Assembly: GCA_964016885.1 (NCBI GenBank)
Contig: OZ024742.1
Location: 246,016,001 to 246,080,000, forward strand
Direction of reading: 5' to 3'
Origin: Eledone cirrhosa
Lineage: Eukaryota
Length of the DNA stretch: 64,000 nt
Below the pieces are notes generated by a model. The model was given only the letters and a program-made list of their open reading frames with translations. It was not told where the DNA came from and did no database searches. This document shows, piece after piece, positions 25,166 through 36,800 of the stretch (position 1 is its first letter; every line of letters begins with the position of its first letter). The position numbers and the translations under genes were made by a program.

Positions 25166-25826
25166 TGCATTGAGCACCCTTCAAACACACACACACATAC
25201 ACATACACACACTCACACAAACACATATATATATGTGTATGTTCTTCTGGTTTTATTATTTTATAAATTTTCACCAATAGAGAGAGAACCAGTTTCTAAT
25301 ATAGACACATCAACTAAGTAAATACATATGTATGTTGTATGTGTGCAGGTAAGGCTGTTATTGTATGTGTGGATCTGAATGTTTTGAGTTATATGTGTAC
25401 ATGTGCATTTGTTTCTATGTGTATATATATATTATTTTAAATAAGACATGCTTATTTTCAATATAGAAATAATAAAAAAGAAGGGGAAACAAAAGGAAAG
25501 AAAGAATAGGGAAATATAGAAGAAAAAAAAGGAGAGAAAGAAAGAAAAAATAGAACGGGAAGGGCAGGGGATTGCAAGAGCTCTGGTGTTGCAGAAGAGC
25601 AGGGAGGGGTGAAGGGGGAGGGTGATTGGGCTTTGGGCCTAGGGTAAGAAGGCAGATATATACAGTTATTACATGCAGAATTTCTTAAATGTTTTACCTA
25701 TTTGTACAGTTCCATTAATGGACTGTACATGCAGTATGTGTGTGTATGAATGTATGTATGTACATGTGTATGCATGCACAGAGCTTCACTAGTATCAATA
25801 TAATGAAAAAGTCAACAGCAACCTAC

Positions 25827-25994
25827 CTTGAACCAATCGATGGTACAACAGTTGATCAATGATGGAAACATACGAAGACGGTTGCGAAAAGCATCTCCGA
25901 TTGGACTAAGTGTGAGGGCTACATGAAGGTTTACTTTCACTCGATCAATGAAGAAATTATACAAGGCTAATGGTGTTGTGTCAATCTTTCTCCC
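25827..25994 (-). CDS. DNAH3: DNAH3-like exon (AAA4)
   Basis: GRKIDTTPLALYNFFIDRV...SPIGDAFRNRLRMFPSLINCCTIDWFK; CAG acceptor, GTAGGT donor; 168 nt. Confidence 0.94.
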
Positions 25995-26904
25995 CTGTAA
26001 ATAACAACAAAAATAATACAAGACAGTTTTTTATGCTATCCTCATGGATGTAAGGCAGCAAATTGGCAGAGTTAGTAGAACTTCAGTTAGAATGCTTTGG
26101 GATATTCGTTTCAACTCTCTCTGCTCTGAGTTCAAACCCTGCCAAGATCAAATTTGTCTTTTATCCTTTTGAGGTTGATAAAAAAAAGTACCAGTCTAGT
26201 ACTGGGAGTTGATTTTTCCTCTCTATCTCTTTCTCACTCTCTCTATCTTTCTCTGGAAGAAATCGGCTCCCAGATCTGGGGAGAGGATGGGCTAAGCCAG
26301 GCTTAAACCCTGAAACCCAAGAAACCCTGTGTGTCATTCTAGCACCCCTACAACTCCATCAGAAGTTACAGATTCAAAAACAAACTGAGGAAATAGTGCA
26401 ATTCAACCTTTGTTGGCATGCCATCTAACAGGGTGAACATTCTGATTCAAACCCCGGGGAAGCAGAATCTCATTAGCCTTTTCAAGCAACATGTGTTGAA
26501 GAAGAAAAGTCTAACAAACATTGTTAGTGGCTGCCAGAGTCCCCACCCTTCTATGCTTCTCTAGGCAAGCCTGAATCCTTAGTCAAAACTACAAAAACGT
26601 CTTCCTCCTGGATTCTTCAGTTTCAGCTTGGTACCTTGAATGGACTGAGAATCAGGCCAATTGAAAGGTGTACAAACATAATTTTGGTTTATAAATAATG
26701 ACTACTAAAAAAGAACAAGGCCATAAATTTTGAGGATATAGTTGATTATACTAACCCCGCTAATTATTGTCCTATACTTATTTTAGCGACCACCCAGAAA
26801 GATGAAAAACCAAGTTGACTTCAGTGGACTCATGATCTCTGCAATGTGGTTAATATTTATGATAAGCTTATTTCTTCTGGGAGATACTCACATGCATGAT
26901 AAAT

Positions 26905-27153
26905 CTGAACGTATACTTACCTGCTGACAACCACATGCATATAATACTCACCTGCTGACACACACACACACACACACACACACAGATAATACTCACCTGC
27001 TGATACAAACACATACACACATACACACACAGATAATACTCACCTGTTGACATACACACACAAAAAATGTTCACCTGCTGACACACACACACATAATACT
27101 CCCCTGCTGACAACCACACACACACAAATAATACTCATCTGCTGATACACACA
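26905..27153. repeat. Minisatellite ATAATACTCACCTGCTGA(CA)n, about 7 units
   Basis: Read directly; the minus strand reads CAG|GTGAGT. Confidence 0.85.
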
Positions 27154-27204
27154 CAACCTCTATACCTATATTTTTATTCAATAAAAATATAGGTATAGAG
27201 GTTG
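27154..27204. repeat. Perfect palindrome, 25-bp arms with a 1-nt spacer
   Basis: CAACCTCTATACCTATATTTTTATT-C-AATAAAAATATAGGTATAGAGGTTG. Confidence 0.95.
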
Positions 27205-27379
27205 AGTTACTGAAATAAATATTTTCTAGTTATTACAGATATCAGTAATGGTGTGAAAAAACAAGTGGTCCTAAAATGATGCGAGATGGAGTGATGGGCA
27301 GATGTGATTTCAAGTAGCAACTATTTGTGTTTTTAAGTGAAAATATATAATCTATATATAATAAATGGAGGACTGCGAA

Positions 27380-27945
27380 ACAGTGTCCAGTTTATTTTTT
27401 TTTTTTTATCCCATTATTAAAATAAGTTGGATTACTTTGAATAAATCTCAAATGAATATTATGTAATTTATCTACTAAATTTCGTAGCTCTTGATTAAAC
27501 ATAAATATTCTTATACATAATATATTGCTTGTTTTAAGATTCACTTTTAAAATTTTCAAATGTCAACAATTTCGGTTAGCGTCTGTTATATCTTAACACT
27601 TAGCTGTATGCTATATCTCATCGCTTATATAAACGTTTATATATTTGCATCGTTATATAATGTTTATATTTCCGTCACTAATTTTCTCCTTTTTCGTTTT
27701 CATAACATTTTGCCGTAATGCAGTTTATATATAATATTGTCTTTTTTAAATGTATTATGGATTACTTTACTGATTACAGAAGACAGTGTAACACAGTCTC
27801 TCTTCAATTTCTGTGCATATTCTCAATTTAATTTTCATTTGATGTATCATATCTACATGCATATATGTTTGCTTATAATATCAATATACACACTACACAT
27901 GCTAAGAGAAAACCACCTGAAGGGGAGTTTTTCTGCTAGTCAATA
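27380..27945. mobile_element. AT-rich non-autonomous DNA element (piggyBac-like MITE family)
   Basis: Highly similar to 58735-59245; related pieces at 28860-29075, 39160-39605 and 44261-44480 have TTAA/CCCTTT-like ends. Confidence 0.55.
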
Positions 27946-28475
27946 TAATGAAAGAACCTATAGAAATAGCAACTAAATTCACTCAAACACAGCCTACAAA
28001 AATGGAATAAATTAAAAAATGAATGTTGTTCATCCTCTGATATGTAAAGACAACACAAGCAATGGTTGGAATGTCTTAGATGATAGGTTTACTTGATGAA
28101 GGTTGACTTGGTGCTAAAGAACACTTCACCAATACTACCACCACTACAACACCCACCACCACCAACATCACCACTACACCACCCAACCACCACCACCAAC
28201 ATCACCACTACACCACCCAACCACCACCAACTTCACTGCCACCAACATCACCACTACACCACCCAACCACCACCACCACCACCACCACAACTATTACAGC
28301 ATCGCCCCCACCACAACTACTACAGCATCCCCCACCACCATCACCACTACAACACCTCCCCACCACTAACTTCACTGTCACCAAAACGTCCACACCACCA
28401 CAAGACCACCACTACTACAGCACCCCACCCACCACTACAACACCGACCACCACCACCACCAACCAAACAACTCAC

Positions 28476-28661
28476 CTCTTGGCGTGAAACTATCTGCATC
28501 TTCTCAATGATTTCAGCTTTTTCATCGGAGGCAAACAGGTTAGGAACTGACCCAGTGTTTAGAATCATACTGATGTCTTCCATAAAAGACTCATCTTTTA
28601 TTTGGTTGTCAGAGAAGAGAAAAACATGAGGCTTGGCATTGCAGCCTGCATTTAGTAGAAG
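28476..28661 (-). CDS. DNAH3: DNAH3-like exon (AAA4)
   Basis: LLLNAGCNAKPHVFLFSDNQIKDESFMEDISMILNTGSVPNLFASDEK...; CAG acceptor, GTGAGT donor; 186 nt. Confidence 0.93.
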
Positions 28662-29487
28662 CTGTATATGGAGAATATTATAGACTACATTAGAAACAAC
28701 TACAAAATGGGATTCTAGCAACAAGAAATTGGTTAAAATACATCTCTAGACTTATATTGTATATACACACAAACAAACACACATGCATTTTACTTACAGC
28801 TGGCACTTCAGGACATTCTCTTGTTAGCTGTCAACTGGGGATCTCAACAGTTTAAGCGCCATTAACATTACTCTATATCTACTATTGTATTTTCACAGTA
28901 AACACTTTATTTCACAATTATATCACATAATATCAAATCTACAAGATTTTAATATTATTTATTTTGAGAACAATACTTCAACATAAGTATGAGCAGCCGG
29001 TTATGGCCGGTTTGAACTGAAGGAGGTGGGAGAATTCTGGCTGGATATGGCCAGTTTAAATGCTAAAGAGTTAAACAGTTTCATTCCCTTGAGTTATGGC
29101 AATATGTCAGTCCCTCATCAGTGACATTCACCCAACCAATACTGACACAGAAATAGGCTGACCATGCCTTGCTCATACAGGAACTGATCTGGCTTGATTT
29201 CTACAACTGGATGCCCTTCCTAACACCAACCTCATTTACAGTGAGTGCTGGGTGCTTTTTCGTGGCACCTACACGTCCACTTTACAGTGTGGGCTGGGTG
29301 CTTTTTTCCGTGGCACATCCACGACCACCTTGCGGTAGGGGGTGTGGGGGCATATTGTCTATATGCTTCAGCTTGTACCCATGGGAGGTCGGGTACTCTG
29401 TATTACTGCGTGACGCCAGAAGTCACGGTCGTGTGTCATCGTCTTTGAGAGGTGTAATAGAGGTGTAATTGGGTAAGGTCGGCTTTT

Positions 29488-29983
29488 ATATATAATATAA
29501 TATAATATATATGTACATATATATATATATATATATATAATATAATATATATATATATATAATATATATATAATATAATATAATATATATATATATATAA
29601 TATAATATATATATATATATATATATAATATAATATAATATATATATATATAATATAATATAATATATATATAATATAATATATATATATATATATATAA
29701 TATATATATATATATATAATATAATATATATATATATATATAATATAATATATATATAATATAATATATATATATAATATATATATAATATAATATATAT
29801 ATATATATAATATAATATATATATATAATATAATATATATATATATAATATAATATATATATATAATATAATATAATATATATATATAATATAATATATA
29901 TATATAATATAATGTATATATATATATATATATATAATATAATATATATATATAATATAATATAATATATATATATATATATA

Positions 29984-30020
<37 letters not shown>
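29488..30020. repeat. (TA)n/(TAATA)n microsatellite
   Basis: Read directly. Confidence 0.95.
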
Positions 30021-30024
<4 letters not shown>

Positions 30025-30036
30025 TTAATATAGATG

Positions 30037-30087
30037 AGATTCTACAGGACTAGAACTGTTTCATTCTTTAGAAATCATCAGGAATCT
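30037..30087 (-). ncRNA. Type I hammerhead ribozyme motif
   Basis: AGAUUC-CUGAUGA-UUUCUAAAGAAU-GAAACAG-UUCUAGUC-CUGUA-GAAUCU; 6-bp stem I, 4-bp stem III, GUA cleavage triplet. Confidence 0.8.
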
Positions 30088-30400
30088 GGCTGTCCAAAAT
30101 AAATGTTGTGGTATTTATATCTTTTCATGTGGTAGGAGAGGGTGGGGAGTGGGATGGGTGGGGGTCATTGGTTGAAAGAAAAGGGAATTCATTAAAAGCT
30201 AATTCTTTAAGGCTATAATTTATATTTAGAATGTCAAAGGCAGAAATAATTCTATAAACAAGTTCAGATTGGGGAGCCACTCCTTATTTTTAAGTTTCTC
30301 TTAAGCTAACAATGCCTATATTTCAGGTGTCTATAAGATGGTTGGGGGTCGGTCATGGTTGATGGATTTAAAGAAAAGTATATATATATATGTGTGTATG

Positions 30401-31051
30401 TTTTTATTTTTTCATTCGCACCGTTTCCTTTCGCTATATGTCTCTGCACCACTCCCCTACACACCTTTTGAACTCTGTTCCCACACACTTCTCACCTGAG
30501 GAAGGGCTTATGCCCGAAACGTCGTCCCCCACCTACACCCCACTCTCCTGAGCGTGAAATTAATAAACATTTATTGTACTGCCTCTCTGTTTTGTCCCTG
30601 TTCAAATTTTTCCATTATATATAATACACGCTCACACGGCTGCCATTCCTTGGAACATAACTTAACTACCGGCTCAAACCCGATCTAATCCGCCGTGACC
30701 TTTCTCCGAACTTTACAGACCTTCCCACACTTGGTCTTTCCTTCCACGCATTACCTCTGTTTGATTTTGTTACCGTACTTTTTTTTCCGTATAAGATTCT
30801 TTGCCTGTGTTCTTATTTTGATCATGCTCTATTTTTATTTTTTCATTCGCACCGTTTCCTTTCGCTATATGTCTCTCCACCACTCCCCTACACACCTTTT
30901 GAACTCTGTTCCCACACACTTCTCACCTGAGGAAGGGCTTATGCCCGAAACGTCGTCCCCCACCTACACCCCACTCTCCTGAGCGTGAAATTAATAAACA
31001 TTTATTGTACTGCCTCTCTGTTTTGTCCCTGTTCAAATTTTTCCATTATAT
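30401..31051 (+). mobile_element. Penelope pLTR/retrozyme-like tandem unit: two ~220-bp direct repeats, period 431
   Basis: Repeats at 30401-30620 and 30832-31051, each with CTGAGGA-A-GGGC TTAT GCCC-GAAAC-GTC (30496 and 30927) and AATAAA. Confidence 0.72.
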
Positions 31052-31183
31052 ATATATATATATATATATTTGTGTATGTGTATTTATGTATATGTGTATA
31101 TATGTGTAGATGTGTTTGTATATGTGCATATTTATATATATATATATATAAATATACATGTATACATTGTATATGTGTATATT

Positions 31184-31249
<66 letters not shown>

Positions 31250-31598
31250 GATGTGTCTGGTGACACCTGAAATATAGCTTAAGAGAAACATGACAATAAT
31301 GATATGATAGGCACCCAATATTTTGAACTGGTTTATAGAATTCTCTTGGCCTTTGTCATTCTAAGTAGAGCTTTAAAGAATTAGCTTTTAAAGAATTTCC
31401 CTTTTCTTTAAATCCACCAACCATGACCGACCCCCAACCATCTTATAGACACCTGAAATATAGGCATTGTTAGCCTTAAAGAATTACCTTTTAATGAATT
31501 CCCTTTTCTTTCAACCAATGACCTCCACCCATCCCACTCCCCACCCTCTCCTACCACCTGAAAAGATATAAATACCACAACATTTATTTTGGACAGCC

Positions 31599-31649
31599 AG
31601 ATTCCTGATGATTTCTAAAGAATGAAACAGTTCTCGTCCTGTAGAATCT
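31599..31649 (+). ncRNA. Type I hammerhead ribozyme motif (inverted partner of 30037-30087)
   Basis: Same sequence, with one substitution in loop III (UUCUCGUC). Confidence 0.8.
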
Positions 31650-31712
31650 CATCGATATTAAAACTTTTATACTCTGCTATGTATTGAGTACCTTACTTAT
31701 TCAACCCGGAAT

Positions 31713-32050
31713 CATCATCATCATTTTACGTCCACTTTTCCCTGCTTGCAAGGGTGAGACGAGAACTGATTCTAGCTTGATTTCTACAGCTGGATGCCCT
31801 TCCTAACACCAACCTCATTTACAGTGAGTGCTGGGTGCTTTTTTGCCGTGGCACCTCCACGACCACTTTGCAGTGGAATGATATGGACCCCAGTCCCTAT
31901 CATCTCATTTCTACAGCTGAGTAAACTGGAGCAATGTGAAATAAAGTGTCTTGCTCAAGGAAACAACACATCACCCGGTCTGAGAATTGAACTCACAACC
32001 TTTCGATTGCAAGGCCAATGCTCTAACCACTAAGCCATGTGCCTCCATTA
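31713..32050 (-). mobile_element. Full-length tRNA-headed SINE with RTE-derived 3' tail and 12-bp TSD
   Basis: Head TGGCTTAGTGG...GAGTTCAATTC; tail matches the RTE family-2 3' end at 42773-42822; TSD TCAACCCGGAAT at 31701 and 32051; near-identical copy at 50868-51200. Confidence 0.85.
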
Positions 32051-32397
32051 TCAACCCGGAATAACTTACCTATATATATATATATACATACATACACACA
32101 TAGTGAGCTTCCATGAAGTGGGATGAAATTTAAATCTATTCAGTTGTGAAGCAAATTTCTTAACCACACAATCATGCTTGTGCCTTTATATATTCACCAC
32201 CCACATATATATTTCATCAACATCATGATCATCATCGTTTAACGTCTATCTTCCACGCTAGCATGGATTTAGATGGGAATTTTACCACTTGAGGCAAGAT
32301 TGGTCGTCTCGCTCGTATGGGACTGTCTGGCAGGTTTTCTACGGCTGGATACCCTTCCTAACACCATTTACATACATATACACATTAAAAATATACT

Positions 32398-32500
<103 letters not shown>

Positions 32501-32635
32501 GGAAAAGAGTCAGGACCCCAACGGCTGAGCTCCGTCTGTTTCGACAGCTAGATCCAAATGCAGTTCGGACCTAGCTGTCGAAACGACTGGATGGTGCATT
32601 ATGGTCCACCTGGTATCTTACCTCACCCTATTTGT

Positions 32636-33190
32636 TATATATATATATATATATACATACATATATATATATATATATACACACATACATATGCATACAT
32701 ACATATATATATATATACATACATACATATGCATACATACATATATATATATATACATACATATATATACACATACATACATATATATACACATACATAC
32801 ATATACATATATATATATACATACATATGCATACATATACATATATATATATATACATACATATGCATACATACATATATATATATACATACATATATAT
32901 ATATACATACATATATATATATACATACATATATATATACATACATATATATATATATACATACATATATATATATACACATACATATATATATATACAT
33001 ACATATATATATACACATACATACATATATATATACACATACATATACATATATATATATATACATACATACATACATATGCATACATACATATATATAT
33101 ACATACATATGTATACACACATATATATATATACATACATACATATATATATATACACATACATACATATATATACACATACATACATAT
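32636..33190. repeat. (TA)n/(TACA)n microsatellite
   Basis: Read directly; source of the spurious I/Y/H/T ORFs. Confidence 0.95.
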
Positions 33191-33411
33191 AAGATAAAAC
33201 CCTACCAAAATTAATCAAAATCGCCAACTCGCTATTTCTGGGATGGCTGTTCCTTCGGTTCCTTCGGTATAAAGTAACGTTCAAATATTTTTCTCGATTC
33301 TTCTCTCCATTCGAACCCATTCATTCAATTACTATTCTATGTCCTAATTTCACACTATATCATATTTTCACCATTCTATATCATATTTTTTCTCTAAAAA
33401 TCATATTTTCC

Positions 33412-33753
33412 CTATCACCGCATTTTCTCTATCGTATTTTCTTAAACAAAACAAATCTTGTATTTTCGTTTATTGTTAAATTATGCCCAAAATACGGCGA
33501 TCTTATCTTAAACCTTACATTCTCGCTATCACCGCATTTTCTCTATCGTATTTTCTTAAACAAAACAAATCTTGTATTTTCGTTTATTGTTAAATTATGC
33601 CCAAAATACGGCGATCTTATCTTAAACCTTACATTCTCGCTATCACCGCATTTTCTCTATCGTATTTTCTTAAACAAAACAAATCTTGTATTTTCGTTTA
33701 TTGTTAAATTATGCCCAAAATACGGCGATCTTATCTTAAACCTTACATTCTCG
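33412..33753 (+). repeat. Three 114-bp tandem repeats in the RTE 5'UTR
   Basis: Units start at 33412, 33526 and 33640 (CTATCACCGCATTTT...ACATTCTCG). Confidence 0.92.
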
Positions 33754-33859
33754 CTAACAACCCATCATCCCTCCCACCCGCCCCCACGCACCACCATTAT
33801 TACGTGGACCAATCATAAGTCAGAGGCCCATACTATCGCTTAACTGGTTGCTTTTCGAT

Positions 33860-36800
33860 ATGATGGATGGACTACGGAATTCTGGAGAGTTGAAGAGAGA
33901 AAAATGTGGACGCTCAGCGACAATGCCAAAAATAAAGCCAAATTCACCTCGTGGACGAGAATGCAAGCACTCCTCCTTGTTTCGGCCAAGGATGGCTAAC
34001 ATAACCCCCCCCCCCCCCCCGGCGCCCCACCGCTCCCACCCTCCAAACGCAATCCAAAACTTCAGAGTTGGTACCATGAATGTAGGCACCTTAAAGGGTC
34101 GCTCTAACGAGGTTGTAGAAATGCTTGAACGTAAGGAGGTCGATGTTTGTTGTATTCAAGAGACCAGGTGGAGGGGAGGGTCAGCTAGATTCATCGTGGG
34201 TAAAGAACGATGTTATAAGCTTTTCTGGGTGGGAAATGACAATGGGTTGGGTGGGGTAGGAATCATGGTAGCAGAAAAGTGGGCAGATAAGATAATAGAC
34301 GTAAATAGAGTGAACGACAGAATAATTAAAATAAGACTTGTCCTCAATAAAACTACGATGACAGTAATATCTGCGTACGCACCCCAATCCGGACTGCCCG
34401 GCGCTATAAAAGACAGATTCTACGAGACACTGATGCTCGCTACCTCCCAAATAACCGACAGTGACTATATAGTTATTGCAGGCGACCTAAATGGTCACGT
34501 TGGACAACATTGTGACGGCTATGACGGAATCAATGGAGGCTATGGGTTCGGTACTAGAAATGAGGAAGGCTCCAGAATCCTGGAATTCTGCGACGCAAAT
34601 AACTTAACTAACTGTAACACTAACTTAAAAAAACGAGACAATCACTTGATCACCTATAGATCGGGGGAACACACAAGCCAGGTAGATTATATCCTTACCA
34701 GAAGACGTGACAGAGTGTCTGTTGTTAACACTAAATCCCACCCCCATGAAGAATTCACCTCCCAACATAGACTGATAATTAGCGACCTCATAGTCAGGAC
34801 GAGACGTACTAGACAGCGGAAGAGGACTATCCTCAGGAGAAAAATATGGAAGCTAAAGGACCCCATAGCCAGAAATAAATTTCAAAGCATATTACTTGAC
34901 GCTTTCGACAGTAAGGAAGAGCAATTAGAGTCGTATAATATAGAGGAACAGTGGGAATTCCTGAGAGCAAACCTGCTGACGGCGGCAGACGAAGTCTGTG
35001 GCTGGAGCAGGCCTGTAGGTAGGAGGAGAGTAACATGGTGGTGGAACAGTAAGGTGGAGGAGTCAATTAAGGCCAAAAAGCAGGCTTGGAAAGTATGGCG
35101 GGATGGGGGAAGTAGAGAAGACTATCAAGTGGCCAGGAGGGAAGCTAGGAGACAAGTGTACTTCGCAAGAAGGGAAGCAGAGGAAAGAAAGTTCAAGCAT
35201 GTTCTACAACGTGAGGACCAAAAACGTGAGGTGTTCAGGATTGCCAGGCAATGTGTCAAGGAAAACCGTGATATTGTCGGGGAGAAGTGTGTACTTAACG
35301 ATGATGGCATACTTGCCATCACCGACGCTGATAAGAAGGTAGCTTGGAAGTGTCACTACGAAAGGCTTCTAAATGAGGAGAACAAATGGGAGAAAGACAG
35401 TCTCCCCCAGATCGATCCAATAGAGGGACCAGCAGTGTTAGTTGATGGTAGTATAATAAGTAAGGCAATCAAAGATATGAAGACGGGTAAGGCGGCTGGG
35501 CCTTCGGAAATAGTTGCTGAGATGCTGAAAGGATCTGGTTCGGTGGGACACACCATGGTCACCCGGATAGTTAACCAAGTCGTACAGAATGGGGTTGTTC
35601 CGAAGGACTGGCGTAGCAGCATCATCGTTAACTGCTATAAGGGAAAAGGAGATGCCCTAGATAGGAGTAACTATAGAGGCATTAAATTAATCGACCAGGT
35701 CATGAAGGTCACGGAAAAAGTAATAGCGCAACTAATCAGAGAGAGAATTGATCTAGATGAAATGCAGTTCGGGTTTGTCTCAGGCAAAAGTACCACAGAC
35801 GCTCTTTTCATTGTACGACAACTACAGGAGAAGTACCTAGCTAAAAGTAAACCCCTATACTTAGCTTTCGTCGACTTGGAGAAAGCCTTCGACAGAGTCC
35901 CCCGTTCCATTATCTGGTGGTCTCTTAGAAAACTAGGTGTCGACGAATGGCTTGTGAGAGCTATACAAGCCATGTATAAAGAAACAGTCAGTAAGGTTAG
36001 AATTAACAACGAATATAGTGAAGAGTTTAGCGTAAAAGTTGGTGTCCATCAGGGCTCTGTTCTTAGCCCCCTAGTATTTATTATTGCCCTTCAGGCTATA
36101 ACAGAGGAGTTCAAGACCGGCTGCCCATGGGAACTCCTATACGCAGATGATCTAACGCTCATAGCTGAATCAATGACCGAACTAGAGAAGAAATTCCAAA
36201 CATGGAAGCACGGCCTAGAATCAAAAGGCCTTAAAATTAACCTGGCTAAGACTAAAGTTCTAGTTTGTAGGAAAGAAAATAAGGCGGCGGTCCCATCTGG
36301 GAAATGGCCATGCTCAGTGTGTAGGAAAGGCGTAGGTAGAAACCCCATTTTATGTCCCAAATGCAAAGTATGGGTGCATAAAAGATGTAGTGGGATCACA
36401 GGTAAGCTAACTAAGAACATAGATTTTACATGTGGCCGGTGCTCTGGTGCAATAAGTAGCAGCAAGTGCCCACAAAATACTAGCTCCTTCAACTGCGCAG
36501 AGGGTTCTATAGAAATAGTGGACAGCTTCCGTTATCTGGGTGACAAAATCAGCAGTGGGGGAGGGTGCTCTGAAAGTACAGTAGCTAGAGTCAGAACTGG
36601 ATGGAAAAAGTTCAGAGAGCTTATACCACTATTAGCCGCTAGAGGGTTCTCCCTAAAAATGAAAGGCAGGTTATATGATGCCTGCATACGAACAGCAATG
36701 CTGCATGGCAGTGAGACCTGGGCATTGTGTGCAGAGGATATACGCAGACTAGAGAGGAACGAAGCTTGCATGCTCCGCTGGATGTGCAATAGTAATATAC

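Larger units (their letters stand above)
30021..31692. mobile_element. Penelope-like inverted-repeat element with hammerheads, enclosing a second tandem element
   Basis: About 30021-30378 is inverted with about 31260-31665; ends with GTATTGAGTAC; starts at the edge of (TA)n. Confidence 0.7.

Noticed and set aside
32558-33320. Ile/Tyr-rich ORFs (also near 31000, 37400, 50650 and 57550)
   Set aside because: (TA)n and (TACA)n microsatellites lack stop codons.
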